In this document: positions 54,888-64,000 of the stretch, in pieces
Layout: every line of letters starts with the position of its first letter
How positions within the stretch are numbered: the stretch's first letter is position 1
DNA from: an uncultured Nitrospiraceae bacterium
GTDB lineage: Bacteria; Nitrospirota; Thermodesulfovibrionia; Thermodesulfovibrionales; SM23-35
Direction of reading: 5' to 3'
DNA length: 64,000 nt
NCBI GenBank assembly: GCA_963727775.1
Contig: CAVSHB010000001.1
Coordinates: forward strand, 256,001 to 320,000
Notes under the pieces: model-generated
Told to the model about the DNA's origin: nothing
Database searches by the model: none
The model's input: the letters and a program-made list of their open reading frames with translations, nothing else
Position numbers and translations under genes: made by a program

Positions 54888-56165
54888 GTGCCCTGCTTCA
54901 TAAATTCGGTCACGTATTTCCCAGAGCTATGCGGCTAATGGAAAATGTACTATTGTAACCCTGCTTATCTTTTTGAGCAATTTGCCAAGATCCTGTCTTG
55001 TAAACTTCCACTCGAACGGCGTGGCGATTTTTTCATAATATTGTTCGAAGGAAATCAATCGGTTTTCAAGGGCCGAAAGCGAAGGGAAGGCATTAGGGGT
55101 CAGGGCTTTCCTTTGCAGGATCGAAAAATAGATTTCGATCTGATTCAGCCAGCTGGCATGAACTGGCCCATGAACAAGCTCCAGATTCGGATGCCTTTCC
55201 TTCAGTCGTGCGACCGACTTTACGCCGCGATGTGAGGAACCGTTGTCGACAATCCAGAAAACCCGTCTGGCTTCGTTATAGGGCGATTGTGCCATAACCT
55301 GCATCACTAATCGGTCGAATGGTGCAATCCCACTTTTTCTCTCGCAGCGTCCGAAAACTTTTGCCCGGTGAACATCGAGTGCAGCGATATATGCCCACGC
55401 ACCGCATCGTTTGTACTCATGTTCCACCCTCATGGATGCACCTTGCGCTGGTGGCAGTGTTGGATGACGCCGAGATCGGGCCTGAATGCTTGTCTTCTCA
55501 TCAGCCGATAGGACAAATTCGTCGTCTTTTAGGCATTTTTTATTCCAAACCCTCTCGTAAAGGTCGAGAATACGACCAGCTTTCGCAGTAAATTCAGGAT
55601 CACGAGGAAAAATCCAGCAACGATGCTGCCACGGACGGATAGCATCTTCATTGAGCCAACGCCATACTGTGCAATCACTGATAGTAGAGACTAGTCCAGT
55701 CCGACGAGCCTCGCGAGTAATATCCGCTACACTGAATCGTGAGAGTGGGAGATTGTGTGTAGCAGGCAATTCGCAGGCCAGTGCCTTAATGCTCATGACC
55801 AGCTCTGGGGGAAAAAGCCCGAGGCCGACCCGAGCGAGGGCGTTCTTCAATACCGTGCAACCGTTCTTCAAAAAAACGTTTTCTCCACATGCTGACAACC
55901 TCCCGCCGCGTATTCAAACGGTGGGCTATTTCGTCGTTCGTTAACCCATCCGCGGCCAATAGAATCATCTTGGCGCGAAGTACTTGATAATACGGTAACG
56001 TATATTTTGTGGCACATCTCATCAAGTGTTCCACTTCCTCTGGCGTCAGCCTTATGCTATATGGACTTTTCCTTGGCATTGATGACCTCCTTACGATCAA
56101 TCATGCCATATTCGATTCTATTTAGCAAGCTAATATTACGTTAGTGTAGTTATGATATTATGTAC
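54888..56165 (-). mobile_element. IS630-family element with two overlapping ORFs (55786-56079 HTH, 54927-~55810 DDE)
   Basis: ADEKTSIQ, VDNGSSH and ASWLNQIE motifs. The frames overlap at a T5C5 run (55807-55816). GTACTAAGT occurs at both ends and the IRs are weak. Confidence 0.88.
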
Positions 56166-56221
56166 TAAGTCATCCACTCGAATTGCTTCATCAAGAATCT
56201 ATGCGAAATCGATTCGCCTCC

Positions 56222-57564
56222 TCATTTTCCTCTCATTCTATTTATCAGTTTGACTATTCCGCCGATAAGGCTTTTGGGCCTGAGTTTAACCTCTATCGCG
56301 TCGATATCTTCCATGACGCCGCCTTTGTCCACGATGAAAGAGGCTGCTTTTGCAATGGACAATACCTGGCTGGGATAGACACTTCTATGCCCCGTCATTA
56401 GAAAACTGATGACACACGCTATTGCGGCATAGGGAGCCACCTGCGCACCGAAAAGCTCTACAGCCATTAAACTTGCAGAAATCGGCGTATTCGCTACACC
56501 TGCAAGGAGACTGACCATTCCTATTGCAGAAAATATATTTGGATCAAGCCCGATGATCCTTCCAAACAAGTTACCGGAAGTAGATCCAATAAAGAAGATA
56601 GAGTAACTATGCCACCGCTTCCCCCGAAATTAAGGGTAATCGAAGTAAATACCATTTTATAGAAGAAAGCTAATGCCGGAACTTCTCTGCCTTCAAGTGC
56701 ACCTTTAATTGTATCCAGTCCAAGACCTAAGTATTGTGTAGACAACAGAAACGTCAGCAATACAAGGACAAAACCTCCCAATATTCCCTTAAATGGCAAC
56801 CACATTTTCATTCTCCTGCTCAGATTCATGGTGAACTTTAAAATTTCAATAAACAGAAAAGAACAGAGGCCAAAAAATATACCGCTCAAACATACCTTGA
56901 TAAAAAAGAGGCTGCTAAAGACAGGGACAAAGTTCAACTGATGGTAAAAATACGTTATTCCCAAACCGGAAGAAACATGATAGCCCACAATACCTGCAAC
57001 AAAGGCAGGAAGAAGCACGTCGTACATCAGGCCGCCGACAAAGAGTACTTCAACGCCGAAGATGGCACCTGCGATAGGTGTCCCGAATACAGTGGCAAAA
57101 CCCGCACTGATGCCGCATATAACCAGCTTCTTGCGGTCTCTGTTCCCAAACTTAAACAGGTCAGCAAATGCCGATGCAAGCCCTGCGCCTATTTGTGCAC
57201 AAGGGCCTTCCTTCCCTGCGGACCCACCAAGTGCAATTGTTATGATCGTCGCTATAAGCTTTACCGGTACAACCAATGGATTTATTTTCCCGAAACGTTT
57301 ATGTACCGCTTCTATTACTTTTTCTGTACCATGTCCTTCTGCTTCGGGAGCAAGATATTTTACAATTAGACTGCTAAGGAACAACGCTCCCGGTAGCAAA
57401 ATAAAGTAAAATTTATAGCCTCTCGTAAATGTTATACCAAGACCTAATAGTTTCAGGAATATTGCTGTTGATAAGCCAACAATGACCCCTATGCACGATG
57501 ATAGGATCACCCATTTGCTGACGCTGATAAATAGTATTGAACCTTCTATGACTCTTCTTTTCAT
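56222..57564 (-). pseudogene. ClC-family chloride channel/antiporter with a 1-bp frameshift at ~56601
   Basis: GHGTE, GKEGP and FGTPIAG motifs. Adding one C restores GGIVTPIFFIG and joins ORF 56222-56569. Confidence 0.88.
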
Positions 57565-57663
57565 TTAAAACAACCTTTGCCAGACAAGATATTTTTAAGA
57601 TATGGGAATCGAAAGATTTCACTTATAATAGCGCTAATCGCCATTACTCACAAAGGACGTATG

Positions 57664-57694
57664 GTAAAGGGCGAGATCACATCTCGCCCTTTAC
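57664..57694. terminator. Perfect 14-bp hairpin downstream of the small lipoprotein gene (terminator or REP-like)
   Basis: GTAAAGGGCGAGAT-CAC-ATCTCGCCCTTTAC, with no clear U-tract. Confidence 0.5.
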
Positions 57695-57764
57695 AGAGTA
57701 GCTTCAAAATATCCGTTTCACCTTCACTGAACTGCTTCGAAAAGCAAGTCATGAAAGTTCATTC

Positions 57765-57980
57765 CTATTTTTGCTCATGCAATTCGAACGCTTTCTCGCA
57801 CTTCTTTGCAGCATTCTCAGCTCTTTCAGCCGCAGCTTCAGCCTTACTGCAGCAATCCTTCGCTTCCAGCTTGCTGATTCTATCAGCCAGAGGGTCTACT
57901 TGCTGCTTTACGTAATCTCTTGTAGCACATCCCCAAAATAGCAGCGACAGTAATGGAATAACTAATAATGCTTTTTTCAT
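57765..57980 (-). CDS. Lpp/OprI-like alanine-zipper lipoprotein
   Basis: Lipobox FWGC, Ala-rich coiled coil, C-terminal Lys and a strong AGGAGGT RBS. Confidence 0.8.
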   Translation of the reverse strand: MKKALLVIPLLSLLFWGCATRDYVKQQVDPLADRISKLEAKDCCSKAEAAAERAENAAKKCEKAFELHEQK

Positions 57981-58079
57981 TGTATAACACCTCCTTCCCG
58001 GATAGAAAGTGCTTCTCTGATAATCTCAGAATAAGCATTCACCCGCTTCTCGAGGCAACGCCATTTCAGGCAATCCTCA

Positions 58080-58490
58080 TTATTCCTTATTACACACATA
58101 TTCAAATAAATCGAGTTCATGAGCGCCCTGTTTTATGTGATGCCATAGGGTATAATCATATTCTTCTGTTTTCTCCGTGCCATCAATAAATCGAAAAGTT
58201 ATTTTGAGATCGTTATATCTCTCTTTGTCGCAATCCCATTGGCGGCAAATGAGAACCTCACTAATAGGTTTTTTGAAAGCACCGGACAACTTTGGTTTGA
58301 CATATGAAGATTTCTGACAGGCACTTACGATGTCATCAGAGATCTGCCTAATGCTATCACTGTCAATGGATACGGACATATTGCCATCCTTGCTTCTACC
58401 GACAAGTTGCCAGTTAGCCCCCTCTGACAGGGTTACGAGACAGAGGAGGCCAATGGCTAAAAGAGTTATTATATATGACCCTTTTTTCAC
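58080..58490 (-). CDS. Hypothetical exported protein (surface-adhesin E-like)
   Basis: Signal peptide followed by the W..., ID.DSI, DC, W..I and terminal VC pattern. Confidence 0.65.
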   Translation of the reverse strand: MKKGSYIITLLAIGLLCLVTLSEGANWQLVGRSKDGNMSVSIDSDSIRQISDDIVSACQKSSYVKPKLSGAFKKPISEVLICRQWDCDKERYNDLKITFRFIDGTEKTEEYDYTLWHHIKQGAHELDLFEYVCNKE

Positions 58491-58515
58491 TGTTCTTTAG
58501 ATATCAAGGACTGGT

Positions 58516-59091
58516 TTATTTGAAAACAAAATGATCCCTTCTATTTTTCACCCAACATGTTTCATTTTTTTCTGTACATATCGGTTTTTCCTTGCCATAA
58601 CTTATCGTATCCATCCTATTGGATGGAATTCCGAGTGCCAAGAGATACTGCTTGGCAGCATTGGCCCTTCTATCCCCCAGCGCGATGTTGTATTCGGCGG
58701 TCCCCCTCTCATCGCAGTTTCCCTCGATAAGCACTTTTATTGTCTGATTCTTAAGGAGCGCCGAAGACAGTTGCTCGAGTAAGGCTTGCGCAGTATCACT
58801 TATAGAATAATTATCGTAATCAAAGTAGATGTCATGAAATTTTGTTTCCAAAACCCTAATCGTTTCTTGCATATCCGATATCTGCTTTTTAGAAAGCTCT
58901 CTTTCCGAAATGTCTTTTGATTTGTTCATGTCCTTAAGAGGCGCTTGTTCTATCCGTTTGCGCTCGGGTTGCTTGTTCTCGACAGCGGAAGCTTCTTTCT
59001 TAGGCAGATCGGCAGTTTTCACAACATCTCTTTGCGCACACCCTACTATCATTACTCCTACTATCATTAAGACTGAGAATATTTTCCTCAT
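58516..59091 (-). CDS. pal: Peptidoglycan-associated lipoprotein (OmpA family)
   Basis: Lipobox IVGC, IYFDYD, EGNCDERGTAEYNIALG, SYGKEKP and KNRR. Confidence 0.92.
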   Translation of the reverse strand: MRKIFSVLMIVGVMIVGCAQRDVVKTADLPKKEASAVENKQPERKRIEQAPLKDMNKSKDISERELSKKQISDMQETIRVLETKFHDIYFDYDNYSISDTAQALLEQLSSALLKNQTIKVLIEGNCDERGTAEYNIALGDRRANAAKQYLLALGIPSNRMDTISYGKEKPICTEKNETCWVKNRRDHFVFK

Positions 59092-59225
59092 TAGTTCCCC
59101 TTCAGTGTTTAAGAAGATATAGCAGTCACAAGAGATCCTCTGGAGGTCTTGTGACGGATATCGTAATGGTTTTGTTTAAAGAGATTCTCTCAAAAAGAAA
59201 AGAGATGAAGCATACCCTATGAAGA

Positions 59226-59690
59226 TTAAACTGCTGGAGGGGACAGGCCTGAATGTAACAGACGATAGTCCTGTAACGGTCTTCGTCTATCGAGCGAAAT
59301 CGCTAATCTCGACAAAAGATGTTCAAAAAGAATGAAATTGCTTGTTGCTATAGATACACTTTCTAAATGTGCAATTTCAATATTGGTGTCCGGAGGTAAT
59401 ATCGCTCGCGCTTTTCTTAACAGTATTCTGTCATTCGAATTTGATGAAGAAGCAGTATTACCTGAGCTCAGCTTTGAACAGATAAGCTCCCACACAAATA
59501 TATCGAAACTTGTCGACATGCCGGCTGCTCTGTCCTGAGCAGTGAACTTTCCAATAATATTTTTAGTCGAAAGAGAATAAGAAAGAGGTGATATTGCATA
59601 AATAAAGAAATAGAAAATAAAACCGAAAGTGAGGATATATTTCTTTTTGTGTAAACTCATCGTACCATTAATGCTCAGCAAGAAATTCAC
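59226..59690 (-). CDS. Hypothetical protein with N-terminal TM and C-terminal HSGLSPP
   Basis: 154-aa ORF upstream of and co-oriented with pal. Start uncertain. Confidence 0.6.
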   Translation of the reverse strand: MNFLLSINGTMSLHKKKYILTFGFIFYFFIYAISPLSYSLSTKNIIGKFTAQDRAAGMSTSFDIFVWELICSKLSSGNTASSSNSNDRILLRKARAILPPDTNIEIAHLESVSIATSNFILFEHLLSRLAISLDRRRPLQDYRLLHSGLSPPAV

Positions 59691-59743
59691 TGAAATAATT
59701 ATGGCGCGTCAATATATATAATTGCAAGGGAGCAAGATATGAA

Positions 59744-61392
59744 CCTAAAAACGGCAGTTGACATCATAAATGGCACAAGTTAGGGAGTATCCAGGCAGGT
59801 TTTATCCTTAATGGGCCGATCAATTTTCTAAATGCGTACAATGCAATGAACCTTACGCGTTCAGAGAGATTCAACTGCTCCGCAGTAACTTTAACGCGCC
59901 CGAGAAAGCGCGACAGATTTCGCAATGCGCTTTCTACCTTCGCTGCCTTTGCATGCTGATTTGTAATAGTCAAGAAAGTCTGTCCGCCATGGCTTGTTTT
60001 TTTGGCCACTGCATGTAAAAGCAATGGGCGGCTTGTGATGGCCTCGTGATGTTTGTTAGGATTTGCAAGACGTACAAATAGAGACCACCAATTGTATATG
60101 AGGGCAACCATACGGCTGACAAAACGGCACCGCTTCAAATCTTTCGTCGTGTAACCACCCCAGCCCCACTGGTTTTTCAATTCATCGAAGCAGTTTTCAC
60201 TGTCTGCACGATCCCGGTAATGCTGGGCTATGGATAAAATATCATCAGGCAGTGATGTTACAAGCACTGCGTATTCATATTTCCCAATCCGCCCTTCCGT
60301 TTCTATAAATGCCATATCCAACTGATCCTTCGCCGTCTTCTGCTTAAGCAGTATATCTCCTGTAATAAGGCGACGCAGAACTATTACACGACGACTACGG
60401 CTCCATCCACTCAGTTTCAATGATGATTCTGTCCCCTTGTATCCTTGTCCGGCATCTGCCCAGTCATCAATTTCAAAAAGCCTCTCAATGAGACGTTTGA
60501 CGTTCTTTGTGAGCCTGAGCTTGGTAAGGTAATGAATTCTCCTTGCTTCTGCTCCTGACAGTACCCCCTCTACTCCAAAAGCAACATCTCCCCGTATAAA
60601 TGCCGGCCAATTCCCTTTGGGTATGCTTTCAAGCAGTTGCCACAGTCCAGCAGTATTGTGATTTGATGCCGTCTCATTCCCGGGCTTCACTTCAACTTTC
60701 AACGCCAATCTGGTATTTGCCATGAAATAACTATGGTAGCAGTGTGAGGGCCGACCCCGTTTTTTCGGATTGTATCCGACAACTGCTCCCTCCTGTTTTC
60801 CATACAAACACTTCACTGTCGTATCTGTATCAAGTATCCAAGAAGGACCTGCTACTACGGATAATACCGGCATTGTACAGCGGGCGAACTGAGTTTCAAG
60901 CCACTGTATTCCATCTTTTTCCTCTATATTCAATAAGGCCCGTCGCGCTGCATCTTCGCTGATGATTTTCTTCATCCCCAATAGCTCAGGATTGACGCCA
61001 TCACAACGAATTGCCGATATATGCGCATACCGCTTGTGCCCGGCAAGTATGGAAAGCATCAAGGTTCCCAATATATCCCGCTTAGCAGGCGCATTAGGAC
61101 TGCTGTACTCAAGCGGACAATCATCTACAAAGCTATCGAACAACCCGCTGACTTTCAGAAACTCTATGAAAAATGGAAGTTGCCCTAATGGTGTTACTGC
61201 TGCTTGTCTGTCCCATTCAACGTGAATCTTTCCCGCATATGTGTCGAGCCCTGCGCGGTTATTTTCCCTTGCCAATGCCCGTCGCTTTGCTTCACCCATC
61301 AGGTGATCCCTCCCTTGCTGTGTTTTTTACGCTTCCATGAATATTATCACAAGGTTACTGCGATAGGTGGGTTCTTAGCTGCTGTTTATAGG
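59744..61392 (-). mobile_element. IS1380-family element with transposase 59764-61299
   Basis: IRs CCTAAAAACGGCAGTT / CCTATAAACAGCAGCT (13/16), flanks ATGAA/TTGAA. Motifs LDTDTTV, YGKQEGA.VGYNP, RGD and YRDRADSENCFDELK. Confidence 0.9.
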
Positions 61393-61566
61393 TTGAATCC
61401 GATATATGCACAGAGAGGACGGCTGGATATCGAAAAATATGTTAATTCAGGTTACTCAGTTACCTTTTTTCGAGATCCTCTTATGATGGATATTCCTCTC
61501 AGTTCGGACACCTTATTTTTTGAGCTAAGCCATCACTCACCCTTGGCCCCGGACTTCTGGCCGTAC

Positions 61567-63584
61567 GTGCGCCACGAGGCTGCACAGAAGATGAGGGAAG
61601 GCCCCTCGGAGTCGGCTTGCAGGAGCAGGCTCCAAACCACCTTAAGCTGCATCTGTTAAGAGCAGGTGTGGTGAGCGTTAAGGAAAAGGCACTGGGAAAA
61701 GTGTCAGGTATGAATCAGCAGAGATGAACGCAAGTGAACCACTGATGAGGTGTCGAAAGAAGTCAGGCGACGTCGAAACTGGTGACGTACGGCATGCCAG
61801 AATAAGCCCGAGAGAAACCTGTTTACTGACCGGGCGGCGTCCGGCATAAAGGTGGCATGACTCTGATTCAGGCTTTTGTGGGGAACGTGGGAAGCTGTGC
61901 ACTGATGTAAAGGGAGAAATCCAAATGGAGGTCCCATGAGGATGAGAGTACCGATGCGGGGCACAGCGACGGAGTAGCCCGTAGTAGTGATGAAGACTCG
62001 TAATGGAGTTGGAGCAAAGGGGCTACATTGTTCAGCTTTATTAAATGGTCAACCATTTGATGGGAGGAGCTATTGAGTAAAGCAAAGCCGTTTAGTATTT
62101 CCAAACAAGTAGTGCTGGATGCCTTTAAGCGTGTAAAGGCAAACAAAGGTGTTGCCGGAGTAGACGGGGAGTCGATTGCAGAGTTTGAGAAGGCCCTCAA
62201 AAGCAATCTCTATAAGCTCTGGAATCGGATGTCATCAGGGAGCTATTTCCCGCCACCGGTTCTTACTGTTGAGATACCGAAGGACAATGGAGGTATACGG
62301 TCTCTTGGGATACCAACGGTAGCAGACAGGATTGCGCAGATGGTGGTAAAGCTGTATCTGGAGCCTGAAGTGGAGCCGCACTTTCACCCAGACTCCTACG
62401 GGTACAGACCTGGGAAATCGGCAGTGGAGGCAGTAGGGGTAGCTCGACAGAGGTGCCGGAAGTACGGCTGGGTTGTGGATTTGGATATTAAAGGATTCTT
62501 TGATAATCTGAACCACGAGTTGGTGATGCGTGCAGTGCGCAAGCATACCAACTGCAAGTGGATACTGCTCTACATTGAGCGCTGGCTGAAAGCCCCCGCT
62601 CAACTACGGGACGGGACTCTTGCAAGTCGGGATAAAGGCACGCCCCAAGGGTCATTATCCAAAGCTTTTGATAAGGCGGAGTAATCTCGCCCCTACTGTC
62701 GAATATCTATCTTAACGAGGTGGATAAGATGCTGGAGAAGGCGAAAATCGTAACGAGCAAATCTGGTTTTACCCATGTCGAATATGCTCGTTTTGCGGAT
62801 GACCTTGTGGTACTCGTAGATGGGTATCGCCGCTGGGACTGGCTGGTAGAGAGGGTATATCGGCGACTTCTTGAGGAGTTCGCAAGAGTTGATGTAACAG
62901 TCAACGAAGAAAAGACACGACTGGTAGACCTGATGAAAGGAGAGAGCTTCAGCTTTCTGGGATTCGACATTCGGAGTGTCCGAACACTGAGTGACAAATC
63001 AGGAGTGCTTATCACGCCAAGGATGAAAGCGCGGACGACCCTTTTGCATAACCTCAAGGAAATCTTCCAGCGCTTCATATCGCAACCAGTGGGCCGGGTG
63101 ATAGAACTGATCAACCCGAAACTCCGGGGCTGGGTTAACTACTTTAGGGTGGGACATTCCAGCAGGTGTTTTCAGTACGTAAAAGATTGGGTGGAGAAGA
63201 AGATACGGCGGCATCTTATGAGGGCTCGAAAACGGGGAGGCTTTGGCTGGGACAGGTGGAGTAGAGACTGGTTTTACGGGCATCTTGGGCTTTATGCCGA
63301 TTATAAGGTGAGGTATTACCGTGGACTCGAAAGCGCTGCCAGCGGATAGGCATCATAACCCTTGAGGAGAAGCCAATAGGAAAGCGTAGTGCGGGAAATC
63401 CGCACGCTGCGTTTGACGTGGCAGGGAATGGAGAAGTGCCATGGCGAACCTAAACGGGCACGAAACTGGAAACGGTGGATACAGCCAAGGGGAGACCTAC
63501 GGTAACTCGCCATTCTTTGACCCTACTGACGAGGGGGAGCTGGAGATAGAGCGTATTTGCCACTACGCCAGCTCTCTACTCTAT
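61567..63584 (+). mobile_element. Chimeric/nested group II intron stack
   Basis: 5' GTGCG at 61567. EBS1 (61787-61793) pairs with IBS1 (61560-61566) and EBS2 (61758-61764) with IBS2 (61552-61558). DV at 63381-63414. Two successive DVI-type 3' ends (~63526 and 63584). Confidence 0.9.
62073..63349 (+). pseudogene. ltrA: Group II intron reverse transcriptase/maturase broken at the PQG motif
   Basis: AGVDG, GIPTVADR, SYGYRPGK, DIKGFFD, GTPQG, then 26 extra nt (62651-62676), then GVISPLLSNIYL, RFADD and RGWVNYF. Confidence 0.9.
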
Positions 63585-63708
63585 AGACAGTGAGATATGT
63601 CTTAACCCGCTCAAAATCTCTATTTCTATGTGAACTGCGGTGCTTCACGGCGACTCGTTGGTGCGTTGAGTACAAGGAAGAATTGTATGTTCAGATCTGC
63701 AGAATTCT

Positions 63709-63942
63709 TCATGCACACTGGTGCCCAGTTTTTTTGACATACTCTCTCAAGGCATCGTTCATGAGTGTCTGATATCCGGATTTCTTTTCCGTAGCCAGTT
63801 TCTTGAAAAACAACAGAATGTCATTATCAAGTCTTATGGTCGTGGAAATCTTTTTGGGTCTATAAAACCTACCCCTTATTCCTTTTGAAAAGTCATACTC
63901 CTCTTTGAGTTCAAATGTTTCTTTCTTATCCAATTGTTTCAT
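63709..63942 (-). CDS. BrnA-family antitoxin
   Basis: EYDFSKG, TIRLDNDIL.FFK and GYQTLMNDALREY motifs. Confidence 0.9.
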   Translation of the reverse strand: MKQLDKKETFELKEEYDFSKGIRGRFYRPKKISTTIRLDNDILLFFKKLATEKKSGYQTLMNDALREYVKKTGHQCA

Positions 63943-64000
63943 ATTGTTTCACCTCCTTTTTTGTTGCTTTCCTTGCATTTATTATTCTTATGATTTCATC
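63926..64000 (-). CDS. BrnT-family toxin, 3' end only
   Basis: DEIIRIINARKATKKEVKQYETIG*, overlapping the antitoxin start. Confidence 0.85.
   Translation of the reverse strand, partial: DEIIRIINARKATKKEVKQYETIG

Noticed and set aside
63590..63700. attC site beside BrnTA
   Set aside because: CTTAAC and GTT triplets are present but there is no convincing L-box pairing.

Overview
Bacterial chromosomal window of mid GC content. Gene content suggests a Nitrospirota/Thermodesulfovibrionia-like or deltaproteobacterial diderm, which is inference only. Layout: (1) 1-7.1 kb is IS-riddled: a membrane PAS/GAF sensor gene hit by two IS1634 elements, an rve-type IS and a tyrosine-recombinase remnant. (2) 7.4-23.8 kb is housekeeping: ytxH-like, ftsH, rsmA, pdxA, ald, pstSCAB-phoU, lgt, tsaD, lolA, a lipoyl ligase and a class IV aminotransferase. 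It carries structured MITE-like repeats and a lone attC-bounded HigBA cassette whose toxin is broken by an 86-bp MITE. (3) 24.3-35.7 kb is an extended kdp locus: KdpE-like boxes, a stand-alone KimA-type C-terminal domain, two micropeptides, kdpABC, a porin and kdpDE. (4) An IS110 with a ~370-nt 3' non-coding end sits at a REP-like hairpin, followed by phosphatase, YncE, GGDEF, DUF507 x2 and rpsF-ssb-rpsR genes. (5) 43.8-64 kb is accessory: an N-ATPase operon with a nonsense codon in atpD, two IS1380, two IS630, an L,D-transpeptidase, ClC, Lpp-like and Pal lipoproteins, a chimeric/nested group II intron stack and BrnTA. No tRNA, rRNA or CRISPR array was seen. Several single-base frameshifts may be assembly errors. 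All family calls come from motif recognition, not database searches.
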